This document shows, piece after piece, positions 1 through 11,700 of a DNA stretch of 64,000 nt (its first letter is position 1; each line of letters starts with the position of its first letter). A program made the position numbers and the translations under genes. The stretch lies in NCBI RefSeq assembly GCF_963921235.1, contig NC_086097.1, forward strand, positions 158,040,001-158,104,000. The letters run 5' to 3'. Origin of the DNA: Mobula hypostoma. Lineage: Eukaryota. The notes under the pieces were generated by a model, which saw only the letters and a list, made by a program, of their open reading frames with translations, was not told the DNA's origin and did no database searches.

Positions 1-140
1 GGCTGATCCATTTTCTTCTCAGACCAAATCTCCTGCCTTCTCCCCGTAATTCATGCTCTGACATCAAGAATCAATCAACCTCCATCTTAAATACACCCAA
101 TGACCCGGCCTCCACAGATTCACCACTCTCCAGCTAATTG
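1..140 (-). mobile_element. CR1 LINE 3' fragment
   Basis: Same CR1 3'-end sequence (tctcctgccttctcccc...aatc..tcaacctc...ccacagattcaccactctc) as the minus-strand copies at 43266-44056 and 63238-64000. Confidence 0.75.
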
Positions 141-523
141 GAATTTTATTCCATATTTAAGTAGGAGGATTCAAATTCATAAATCCAGATTCAAGTTCAA
201 TAACTTATCTATTGTGTAACTAGAGCATGCTGCAAAAAAATTTAAATACTGTTCACATTATGATCAAAAGCATTGAAAATAAATCTGTAATAAATGTAAT
301 TAGGTTTCTTTTGTATGTTTTTGTAAATAACTTCTTGCAACAGTTTTTGTTTCAAAATCATGGAAGATCCTTATATCTGCTAATAATATAGTGTGGAGTG
401 AATCATGCTGTTTTGGATATTGGAAACTGAAGACCATGGAGCAAATTAATCCCCACAATGGGCAAAAAGCGACCAAAAAAAAAAATGGTGTCATGCTGTT
501 TGGTTAAAGAACATGGGCCCAGG

Positions 524-626
524 TTAAGTCAGTCTGGATACTAGAAGAGACACAGCAGATCCAAGCAGGATTATTATCAGCATAAGAACAGTAATGATTA
601 CAGAGGGTGACTTTCCATAAGTTTGC
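524..626 (-). CDS. Candidate terminal coding exon (phase 2) encoding a C-terminal hydrophobic segment: QTYGKSPSVIITVLMLIIILLGSAVSLLVSRLT*
   Basis: On the minus strand, acceptor ctgacttttcctttgaagcag| is followed by a 33-codon frame with a 21-residue hydrophobic run and TAA at 526-524. An in-frame TGA lies just upstream of the acceptor. AATAAA lies at 150-145. The sequence is non-repetitive; the gene is not recognised. Confidence 0.4.
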
Positions 627-1059
627 CTGCTTCAAAGGAAAAGTCAGATAGACTGTGTGATGGTGAACATGATTGATGGCAAAAGTTGAATCAACTCCAA
701 GGTGTCAGCTTCATAATGCAGTAGCATATAAAGGCAAGTCGTTACATTTTTTAAAGAATGTAATCAAATGGAGCCAAAAGAGCTCCTGAATTCTAACACA
801 AAGGTTAAGACTACTTTTAAATTAACAATGAGAATAATACATAGAAAAAAAATAAAGTTCACTTCCCAAAGGATTAGTTGCTACTGTGAGTCTGAAACTA
901 TGGTGGCCTTGTTAAATATCTGAGACCATTAGTGGTTAATTTGAGAAAAGCTGAAAAACACACAATTAATTGCAGGACCAAGCAGAGCAGATTTCAAGCA
1001 GATGTCAATGGTCAATGACGCCAACAGTAAATGAATTGCCAGAACATACATATACATAT

Positions 1060-1890
1060 AGAATCAGAATTTGGTTTAATAACAGCAGCATATTTGTTAG
1101 TATAGCAGTGGCAGTACAATGTTAAATATAGAAAAGAATAAATGTATTACAATATGTATATTCAATAGTTTAATTAAAAATGGTACAAAAACATGATAAA
1201 AATGTGTGGTAGTGTTCTTGGGTTCAATGTCTATTTAGAAATGGTATGGCAGAGGGGAAGAAGCTATTTGTGAATCACTGAGTGTGTGTCTTCAGGCTTC
1301 TGTACCTCCTACCTGATAGTAACAATGCAAAGAGGGGATCTCCTGGGCGACAGGGGTCCTTAATAATGGACGCCACTGTTTTGAGGCACCATTCCTTGAA
1401 GATGTCTTTGATACTACAGAGGCTAATACTCAAGATGGATCTGATTAATTTTACAACTTGCTGTAGTTTCTTTCAATCCTGTGCGGTAGCACCACTCCCC
1501 TCCCCCCCCATATCAGACATTGATTTAGCCTATCAGAATGCTCTCAATGGTACATCTGTAGAAGCTTTCGAGTATTTTAGGTGACAAACCAAATCTCCTC
1601 AGACTCCTAATGAAATATAGCTGCCGTCTTGCCTTATTTATAGCTGCATCAATGTGTTGGGACCTGGTTAGATCCTCAGGAACTTGAAATTGCTCACTCT
1701 CCCCACTTCTGATTCCTCTATGTGGATTAGTTCATTTTCCCTCGTCTTACCCTTGCTGAAGTCCACAATCAGTCCTTTGGTCTTACTGACATTGAGTGTA
1801 ATGTTGTTGCTGCGACACCATTCAACTAGCTGGTCTATCTCACTCTCTTTTCCATTTGAGAATCTGCCAACAATGGTCATATTATCAGCA
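1060..1890 (-). mobile_element. Rex1/Babar-type LINE, 5'-truncated, decayed
   Basis: RT C-terminal peptide [44 protein letters not shown] (ORF 1668-1901). (GATTCT)-type tail at ~1060-1070. Confidence 0.85.
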
Positions 1891-2690
1891 CAGACACGCA
1901 CACAGCTACTAGGCCCAGCGGGACCATTTCTACTGACGGGAGAAGGGGTAGAAGTGGCTTACTGCCACATTCAAACTGTTTGCTTTAGGCAGATGGGTCT
2001 TGTCAGCTGTGGTTGGAAGCTCATCTGAGAGAAGGAAATTTCTCATTTCAAACCCCTACCTGCTCATATGGAAGGCTTCGGGAGTAAATCCTGAAAAAAA
2101 AAATCCGGAGTTGTAGTCCCTAAAGGCTGATTTATACTTGTACACCGTAGGTACCGCATGCCCTACACCGAAGGGTGACGTCCACCTCCCCCAAAAATGT
2201 AACTCACGCATCGCGGCGATGCAGACTGCAGCAACTGTGATTGGTCCGTTTGGCAGCATTGCCATTCCTCATACGCATTTCTGGTCGCTTTACTCCACCA
2301 CGTCTGTACACGGATGTGAAATAAATGGTTGGAGACAATGAACCAAATCGTCAAATCTACCTGCTGACATCGAAAATATTTGAAATGCATTTCCTTGTCC
2401 ATGTCTCTCAAAGAAACTCACAGTGGCATAGAAACGCCACCGACAACTAGCATTTTGGCAGTGAATTGCAGAGAGACACAGACACAACTACACATGCTCA
2501 CTACAGCATAGGGCTACGCAAAAGTATAAATCAGACCTACGGCGTAGCCCATACGCACAAGTATAAATCACTCTTAAGGCAGTCCCACAATGCTGACTGG
2601 CAATTCCTGTAATGTTGTTGTACCAAACTCTATTGGTCTCTGCCAATTCTTTGGATTCATTAGCTACATGGAGAGAGGGATATACATCTT
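1890..2690 (+). mobile_element. Non-autonomous repeat resembling an RTE 5' leader (interrupted by a MITE)
   Basis: ccatttctactgacgggagaagggg...tcagctgtggttggaagctcatctgagagaaggaaa recurs in reverse at ~40760-40960. The RTE affinity is from recall, not alignment. Confidence 0.5.
2124..2574. mobile_element. PIF/Harbinger-type MITE
   Basis: Terminal inverted repeats aggctgatttatacttgt / acaagtataaatcactct. TAA TSD at 2121-2123 and 2575-2577. No coding capacity; CpG-rich interior. Confidence 0.8.
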
Positions 2691-2691
2691 A

Positions 2692-4100
2692 TGAAAAATA
2701 TTTGCCCCAAAGTTTTCATGTATTATTTTACAATATTGAATTAGTGGATTTAATTTGGCATTTTTTGACACTAAGAACAAAAGATTCTTTCATGTCAAAA
2801 TGAGAACAGATCTCTACAAAGTTAATCAAAATTAATTACAAATATATAACACAAAATAATTGATTGCACAAGTACTCACCCCCCTTCAAGTCAGTATTTA
2901 GTAGATGTGTCTCTGGCAGCAATTACAGCCTTCAATCAATGTAGATAGGTCTTTATCAGCTTTACAGCAATTGTTCCCCATTCTTCTTTACAAAACTACT
3001 CAGGTTTTGTCAGATTGCATGGGGAGCATAAGTGAACAGCCCTTTTCAAGTCCAGCCACAAATTTTTAATGGATTGAGGTCTGGACTCCATGTTAGCCAC
3101 TCCAGGATATTAACTTTATTATTCTTGTCACTCCTGTGTAGCTTTGGCTTATGCTTGGGGTAATTATCTTGCTGGAAAGCAAATCTTTTCCAAAGCCACA
3201 GTTCTCTTGCAGACTGCAGCAGGTTTTCCTCCAGGACTTCCCTGTATTTTGCTGCATTCAGTTTACCATCTACCTTCACAAGCCTTCCAGGGCCTGCTAC
3301 AGTAAAGCATCCACACAGCATGATGCAGCTACCACCATGTTTCATGGTAGAGATGGTATGTTTTTGATGATGTGTGGTGGTTGGTTCAAAACAGATATAG
3401 CATTTAGTCTGATAGCCAAAAATCTCAATTTTGGTTTCATCAGACCATGGAACCACTTTCCAGCCTACTTCAGAGTCTCCCACATGCCTTCTGGCAAACT
3501 CTAGCCAAGATTTCATGCAAGTTTTTTTTTTCCCCACCAGTGGCTTTCTCTTAGACACTCTCCCATAAAGCTGTGTCTAGTGAAGCACCCAGGCAATAGT
3601 AGTTGTAAGTACAGTCTCTCCCATCTCAGCCACCAAAATTTGTCACTCCTCCAGAGTTATCATAGGTCTCTTGCCACCCTCCCCCCATTAGACTAGTCTT
3701 GCACAGTCACTCAGTTTTTGAGGACAACCTGCTCCAGGCAGATTTACAGCTGTGCCATATTCTTTCCATTTCTTCATGACTGACTTAACCATACTCCAGG
3801 GGATATTCAGTGACTTGAACATTTTCTATCATCCATCTCCTGACTTGTGCTTTTCAATAACCTTTTTTTGCAGAGTTGCTTGGTACATTCTTGCATCTTC
3901 ATAGTATAGTTTTTAACCAGGATGCTGACTCACCAGCAGTTGGGCCTTCCAGATTATATTTGTACCACAATCAATTGAAATACCTTGACTGCACACAGGT
4001 GATCTCCATTTAACTGATTATGTGACTTCTGAAACCAAATAGGTGATGATTTTGTGTGTCATATTTGGGGGGGTGTGAGGAATACTTATGCAATCAATGA
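2692..4100 (-). mobile_element. Tc1-family DNA transposon relic
   Basis: ORF 3046-3558 has Tc1 transposase motifs WSDETKIE, KHGGSCIM, FQQDNYPKH and SPDLNP. Inverted inner repeats at ~2858-2890 (attgattgcacaagtactcacccc) and ~4065-4098. The right end is truncated. Confidence 0.9.
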
Positions 4101-4227
4101 TTCAGTAACCTAATTTCGGGAGAAAAGTGGAAAAACGGGTTAAAATATATTGTTCACTGCAGATTGTGGATTTTGAACCATTCACGAAACGAACGGCAAA
4201 TGTCGGCTAAAGAGAGATAGATCTCAC

Positions 4228-4261
4228 CAGTAAGAGGCGCTGCGTCGTCTTCAACCCGATC
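4228..4261 (-). CDS. Candidate 34-nt internal exon (DRVEDDAAPLT in phase 0, or IGLKTTQRLLL)
   Basis: ttcgtgttttag|GATCGGGTTGAAGACGACGCAGCGCCTCTTACTG|gtgaga has canonical acceptor and donor. The exon is GC/CpG-rich within AT-rich flanks. Confidence 0.4.
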
Positions 4262-4694
4262 CTAAAACACGAATTTAAGATATATTTTATTAAATTAAGG
4301 TGCTGATCAATTGTTGAATCTGCACAGTATTGCTTTTTGCAGTATACATTGACTCTTGCACATTTAATTTGTACAACTGATTGCGCCAATTTGCTTTGTT
4401 TTAAAAACGAATTGTAATGGATTGAATTGAATAATTACAAGAGTTGAGTGGAATTTCAGCGGTAAAGGTCATTACAGCCTGAGACTTGTGAAGCAAACAC
4501 ATCTGTTTCCTCAAAATTACTGATCCATTGCAAACCCACGGTGCTGTTTTCGTTGAGTCATAATTATGGACATATTATCGACTCGAAATTAGTTCCCCTT
4601 GTTAAAGTACACCATGGCGATTGTATGAGCAGTTACTGCAATATGCAAAATTGCCTAATGGGTTTGAGCAGTTAAGTTTGGTTTTACAACTGCT

Positions 4695-5056
4695 GAACAT
4701 GAGAGGCATGGATAAAATAGACAGAAAATATCTTTTTCGAAGTGTTGAGATGTTTAATACCAGAGGACATGCATTTAAGGTGAGGCGGGGTAATTTCAAA
4801 TGAGATGTGAGAGGCAAGTTTTTTGCAGAAACTGCTGGGTGCCTGTGGTGATGCTAACGGCAGAAATGTTAGAAACTTTTTAAGAGATGTTTAGATGGGC
4901 ACAGAAATGTGAGGAAAATGGGAGGATCTGTACCTGGTGTAGGTAGAAGAGATTAGTTTAGTTAGCCATTCCATTACTAATTTAATTGGCTCGGCACCAC
5001 ATTGTAGGCGGAAGGTCCTGTTCCTGTGCTGTACTATCCTATTTTCTAGGTTCTAT
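4695..5056 (+). mobile_element. CR1 LINE 3' fragment
   Basis: MRGMDKIDRKYLF...NTRGHAFKVRRGNFK (CR1 TRGH motif), followed by a CR1 3' UTR ending cctgttcctgtgctgtact..ttcta. Confidence 0.85.
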
Positions 5057-5159
5057 AATTACAGATATTCACTTTAATAACCTTTGACTATCTCGTCAAT
5101 CTTAGAAATTGAAGAAAAGCAATATACAGTACTGTTCTTTTGCATTTTGAAGAGATGAA

Positions 5160-6215
5160 AGTTTAAAGTAAATTTAGTATCAAAGTAGGTATATGTCACC
5201 ATATACTATCCTGGGTTCATTTTCTTGCAGTCTCAGTAAAACAAAGAAATACAATAGGATCAATGAAAAACTACACACAAAGACTGACAAGCAACCAATG
5301 TGCAAAAGAAGTCCAACTGTTCAAATACAGAATGAATGAATAAATAAATAAAAGCATACACACATACTGAAAATATGAGTTGTAGACCCTTGAACATGTG
5401 TCTATAGGTTGTGGGATCAGTTAAATTTGTTCACTATTGAGGTGAGTGACATTATGCATACTGGTTCAGGAGCCTGGTAGTTAAATTTCCCGAACCTGGT
5501 GGCGTGGGTCCTAAGGTTCCTGAGCCAACTCCTCAATGGCAGCAGTGACTAGAGAGCATTGCATGCTGGCGCCATTTTGACTGGAAGATGGAATACTGGA
5601 ATTATGGGATCTGTTTGGGAGAGATGTAAGTTAGTGATTTGAATGACATGACCAACTGTTGGAGCTGGTGTTGCTTTATCATGGTGTAAATGCTGTTTAC
5701 GTTGGCCTCCTCCAATATACTGATGTTAATGTGTCTGATCCAGCTGATCCTCAAAATCTTTTGTAAGGTTCTTTGGTGGTATTGTTTCAGGGGTTTCAGG
5801 GTCCTTGATAATGGACGCTGTTTCCTTATGGCAGTGCTCCTCGTTGATTTGCTTGATGGTGAGGAGGGCTTTTCCTTTGAAGAACTGGGCTGTATCCACT
5901 ACTTTTTGTAGACTTCTCCATTCTTGACCATTGGTGTTTCCATACCAGGCCATGATGCAAACAATCAGGATATTCTCCACTGTACATTTATACACATATT
6001 TTTTATAGAAGTTTGTCAAAATTTTAGATAACATGCCAAATCTGCACAGACTTTTAAGGAAGTAGAGGCACTGTTGTGCCTTTTTTGTAATGGCACTTAA
6101 GTTCTGGTTCCAGAACAGATCCTCTGAAACTATAACGCCAGCCAAGGAATTTTTAAGTTACTGTCCCTCTCCACCTCTAATCTCCTAATGAGAACTGGCT
6201 AATGAATCTCCAGTT
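5160..6215 (-). mobile_element. Rex1/Babar-type LINE 3' portion, carrying a ~240-bp foreign insert at 5560-5800
   Basis: ORF 5726-6145: SEDLFW..AITKKAQQCLYFL..CTVENILIVCIMAWYG..LQKVVDTAQ..ASIIKDP. Confidence 0.8.
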
Positions 6216-6518
6216 TCATATCGTTTGTTACAAAATGGCGCTGAAATACATGGGGACAGTGTGCAGTCAGCTCACATAACTACAAAGATTAAAACCTCTC
6301 CTGTTGATTATTTCAATACAAGGTCCTCATGGAAAGATGCATATATCTGAGAGGTCAGGGTGCCCAACACTGTGACATTAAAACAATTTAAATTTTGAAA
6401 AACAGCTGTTTCATTATGTCTATTAGAGAAACAAATTACCCAGTCACTAAAATAATCATATAGTTTCAGGTTCCAAAGATCAAGCTTAGTCTTGGAGTCA
6501 ACAAGCATTCTGCAAATG

Positions 6519-6644
6519 GGCAACCGACAATTGTAACGTGCTGGCAAGGAAAGTAGAGAATGACAGAACTTTTAGCTCATCCAGGCAAAAGCTGTTGCTA
6601 TTACAGGAGAAATGGAGGTGCTGGCCTAATAGATGAACACATAG
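6519..6644 (+). repeat. Left copy of ~125-bp direct repeat (long TSD of the RTE)
   Basis: acaattgtaacgtgctggcaaggaaagtag...aaaagctgttgctattacaggagaaatgga...atagatgaacacatag matches 13652-13781. Confidence 0.8.
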
Positions 6645-6956
6645 TAGTAGTAGCAGTGTGATCACTTGAGTCCAGTAAGAGATTCTATTAAAAGGTTGAA
6701 TCTTGTTAGGTCCTCAGGTGGCTGTAGAGGCCGATCTGTAATCCACATGTTCTGGTGCAGTGTGGACACGAGTAAGTGGTGGCTGTGTTTAGTGGTTGGG
6801 TCTTTTGGTTCTTCAGTCTCATCTTTTGCAGCTGCCGCTTATTCTCTGTGGCACAGTGGAGATTGTCCTTATGTAGTATAGCTTCCTCTTGAACAGATTT
6901 CCTTCAGGTGTATTCATTGAGTGCAAAGTTTTCTCAGATTTTAGATGTAATGTTGA

Positions 6957-7488
6957 ACTTTGACGAACATCTATAGATGTGTAGTGGAGAGTATATTGAC
7001 TGGCTGCATCACAGCCTGATATGAAAACATCAATGCTTCAAAAAGTCATGGACTTGGCCCAGTACATCATGGACAATGCCCTCACTACCATTAAGGACAT
7101 CTGCATGAAGTGCCATCATAGGAAAGCAGCATCCATTGTCAGGGATCCTCACCAACCAAGTCATACTCCCTTCTCACTGCTGCCATCAGATAGATGGTAC
7201 AAGAGCCTCCAGAATTACACACCAGGTTCAAGAATAGTTACTACCCCTCAACTATCAGGCTCTTGAAGGAAAGGGGATAACTACATTCAATTTCACTCGC
7301 ACCATCTTTGAAATGTTCCCACAACCAATGAACTCGCTTTCAAGGACTCTTCATCTCATGTTCTCATTATTTATTGCAATTTCTTTATATTTGTATTTGC
7401 ATAGTTTGTTGTCTTCTGCACTCTGGCTGATCTTTCATTGATCCTGTTATAGTTACTAATCTATAAATTTGCTGAATATGCCCAGAAG
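6957..7488 (+). mobile_element. Rex1/Babar-type LINE 3' fragment nested in the RTE
   Basis: LQKVMDLAQYIM..RKAASIVRDPHQPSHTPFSLLPS, followed by 3' UTR. Confidence 0.8.
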
Positions 7489-8285
7489 CAAAAGAAAAAA
7501 CATGAAAGTCATTCAGAGAGAATCAAACCCTCTCCCCGTACTAAAGAGAATGGCATCCCGATCATCAACCCCCAAATCCCTCTTCCCCCTTCACAAAATG
7601 CAACAAGAATGTCAACCCCCCCAACCCCCTCCCCTGCACAAAATGCAGCAGGAACCTCAACCTCCAAACCCCTACCCTCACACAACAGAACAGAAAGGAA
7701 CAGGTGAAAAGCACAGAATATAAAAACCTTAAGTATGAAAAAAGTTCACAGTCCATAAACACAATAGTCAAACCCATAATGCAGAACCACGGTAACATCC
7801 TCCTTCGTCATCAAAAGAGACACCATGTGAGCGCTGAGGCCTACCTGCCTGCCTCAGTGAGCCTCATAGTGACAGGCCATTCACGGATTCCTTCCCCGGC
7901 AGCAGTCAAACAGCAGGCTGTCGGCGCTGAACTCTCGCTCTCCTTCCACATTCACCTTAATGTCTCAATCTTCCTCAACACTTTAATCGGTGATTAATAG
8001 ATGCTTTAACCAGCGAAATGCAATTGAACATCATCTCGCACCCTATTTCTAAGTTTCCTCACTTCAAACCCGTTCGAGTATGCACTTGCTTCCCAGAATC
8101 TTCTCGAAGACAGCAAAGTGCTGGATCACTCAGTCAATCTTCAGATTGTAAATTACAGGCTCTAACAGTCCCCAGAAGCATATTTAAGGTGAAAAACAGA
8201 CTTTAAAAAAGTAAAATAGACATTTTCATGAGCTACCTGGAAGATGTCGACCAAAGGAGCATTGTACGCTGGCACCATCTTGATC
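7489..8285 (-). mobile_element. Unnamed non-coding repeat starting (TC)AAGATGG(T/C)G with internal imperfect tandem units
   Basis: Homologous to 58381-59350: shared tcaaccccaaatcc units, aaaagcacagaatat, caatct.cctca..ctttaatc, gaagatgtc and caccatcttga. Related to 48756-49596. Confidence 0.7.
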
Positions 8286-8772
8286 AGAAGATGGAAAACT
8301 GGGATTATGGGTTGTGTTTAGGAGAGATGTAAGTTAGATATTTGAATGACATGACGAAATATTGGAGTTGGTGTTGCTTTATCATAGTGTAGATGCTGTT
8401 TATGTTGGCCTCCTCCAGTACACTGATGTAAATGTGTCTGTCCTTCCAGCTGATCCTCAAAATCTTTTGTAAGGTTCTTTAGTGGTATTTTTCCAGGGGT
8501 TTCAGGTATCTACTGCAAGTGGTCCATGTTTCAACTCCATACAGTAATGTAGGAAGGGTGACTGCTCTATTGATCAAAAGTTTTGTTTGGACCAGTAAGT
8601 CATGTTCTTCAGAGACACTTTTTCTTAATCTTGCATAGGTTCCGCTAGCATGAGTCGGCCAGTGGTTAATCTCAGAGTTGATGTCTGGTTTTGAGGAGGG
8701 AATGTTGCCAGGGTAAGTAAAGTGGTCTAAATTTTCAAGGGCAATATCATCAACTTTTATGAAGGGCCAGAT

Positions 8773-11700
8773 TGACACAGCATTTTGATATGGCCCAAGT
8801 GTGGAGAGAAGGATGCAGAAGCGGGTCAACAGTTCACTGACCTTTATGAGCACTGTTGCAGAGTTTAAAGGAAAAGAAGAACAATAAATGCTCGGCCAAC
8901 AAGGCCATTAACTAAAATTCCCAAACTGAAAGTTAATGTCAACGCTGCGGCTGGAAGCAATAACTACATACTAAATTAATACCGCTCTTTTACAGTGTCT
9001 GTTGAAATATTTGTCCCCTTTCCCGGTTGAGGACAAGGGTAAGTAGGGAACATAAATGTTGCTGTGCTTTTGGTCAGGTTGCGACAAGACTAGAATGAAA
9101 AGAAGGGAGTTGAGTACCATCATAACGAACAGTAACTATCTGGAATGTGCATATTCACAAGCGGACATGTCAAACCTATTCCGCATCCCATCTGCGCATG
9201 TGCATAGACCCTGCAGCAGTGCCCATGGTTGTCACAGGGCCCCCCTCCCTAGGCACAGCTCCCACAGATCTGTGCCCACTGGAAGACCTGAAAGAGAGAT
9301 TTGTCCAGGATATCATCAGCCAGGATCCAAGAACATTCCTCAGGACCATACCCCTCCCAATCCATGAGGTACTGGACCTTGCTCTATACCTGGTGATACA
9401 CCAGAAGGTACTGCACAGTATAGACCAGGGAGCCATCCACCAAGCAGTGAGGAGGAGGAGGTGGGGTAACTGGAGCCAGGCGGGTAGTAATCGGCTGGAG
9501 CTGGGAAGCAAGGAACACTGGGTGGATCTTCCCTGATGATGGTAGGTGCAATCAATCTATAAGACACCTTTTGATAGCTTTTTCCACTACAAATGGTCCC
9601 AAGTAGCGTGGGGCTAACTTGCCAACAGGACTTCCTCTCCTGGATTGAGAGGCCTCACCTGACAGCAGAGCTGATCAACCCGCTGGCCATGTTGTTTCTG
9701 AGCATGCAGCAGAGAAGCCCTGGCTTGTCTCCATGTGCACTTGTAGCATTGGATCAACTCTTCTGCAGCAGGAACTCCCACATCAGTCTCCTGGTCAGGG
9801 ACGAGCAGTGGCTGGAATCCCATCTGGCATTCAAAGAGGCACATGCCAGTGGAGGAGTACTGCAGGTTATTGTGGGCAATCTCTGCCCAGGTCAGTTGGA
9901 AGCTCCAGGACGTGGGGTTGGAAGAGGCAAGGCAGCACAGCAGTGTCTCCAACTCCTGATTCGCTCTCTCGGTCTGGCCATTAGATTAGGGGTGGAAACC
10001 AGATGCGAGCCTGACTATAGCTCGCACAAGAGAACAATAAGCTTTCCAAAAACAGGATGTAAATTGTGGTCCTTGATCAGACACTATGTTCTCAGGGAAG
10101 CCATGCAGTTTGAGCACATCTTGAATTATGAGCCAACAGGAGCTTAGGGAGAGTGAAGAAGTGGGCAGCCTTGGAGAATCAATCCAAAATGACCAGAAAG
10201 GTAGTGTTTTCATTAGACAGTTGCAGACCAGTGATGAAATCCACCAAGACCAGGGGTGGTGGTACACAGGCAGCAGACGTAGCATACCCACAGGGTGCTG
10301 GTGCGATGTCTTGTTCTGGGTACAAGTGGGACAGGCAGAGAAAAAGTCGTGGGGGTCCTGATATCTAGATGGCCACCAAAATCATCTTTTGATAAACTTC
10401 CGGGAATGTTGAATTCCCTGATGGCTAACCATATAGGAGGAGAGACCCCATTCCAGCACTTAGGAGTGCACCGCAAAAGGAACAAAGAGCCAGTTGGGAG
10501 CTTCCCCACCTGGGCCTGGGCCTGGATCTGACTGTGCGGCAGAATGACCCTGTGATCTCCATCTCAGAGGCTGATGTTAGGCTGTCTTTAAAGAGAATGA
10601 ACCCTCGCAAGGCGGAAGGTCCCAGTGGAGTACCTGGATTATCTGAAAACCTGTGCCAACCAACTGGCAGGAGTATTCAAGGACATTTTCAACCTCTCAC
10701 TGCTACGGGCAGAAGTTCCCACTTGCTTCACTAAGGCAACAATTATACCAGTGCCTGAGAAGAATAATGTGCGCTGCCTTAATGACTAATGCCTGGTAGC
10801 ACTCACATCTACAGTGAAGAAATGCTTTGAGAGATTGGTCATGACTAGAATGAACTCCTGCCTCAGCAAGGACCTGGACCCATTGCAATTTGCCTATCAC
10901 CACAAAAGGTCAACAACAGATGCAGTCTTGATGGCTCTTCACACAGCTTTAGACCACCTGGACAACACAAGCACCTACATCAGGATGCTGTTCATCGACT
11001 ATAGCTCAGCATTTAATACCATCATTCCCACAACTCTGATTGAAAAGTTTCAAAACCTGGGCCTCTGTACCTCCCTCTGCAATTGGATCCTCAACTTCCT
11101 AACCGGAAGACCACAATCTGTGCAGATTGGTGATAACATCTCCTCCTCACTGACGATCAACACTGACACACCTCAGCGGTGTGTGCTCAGACCATTGCTC
11201 TACTCTCTATATATCCATGACTGTGCCGCTAGGCATAGCTCATATACCATCTGTAAATTTGCTGAAGATACAACCATTGTTGGTAGAATCTCAGGTGGTG
11301 ACAAGAGGGCGTACAGGAGTGAGATATGCCAACTAGTGGAGTGGTGTCGCAGCAACAACCTGGCACTCAATGTCAGTAAGATGAAAGAGCTGATTGTGGA
11401 CTTCAATAGGGTAAGACGAAGGTATACATAGCAATCCTCATAGAGGGATCAGAAATGGAGAGAATGGGCATCAGGATCTAACGTGGTCCCAACATATTGA
11501 TGCAGTTATAAAGAAGGCAAGACAGTGACTACACTTCATTAGGAGTTTGAAGGGATTTAGTATGTCAACAAAAACTCAAAAACTTCTATAGATGTAGCGT
11601 GGAGAGCATTCTGACAGGCTGCATCACTGTTTGGTATGTGGGGGTAGGGGGTGGCCTACTGCTCAGGACGTAACGAAGCTGCAGAGGATTGTAAATTTAG

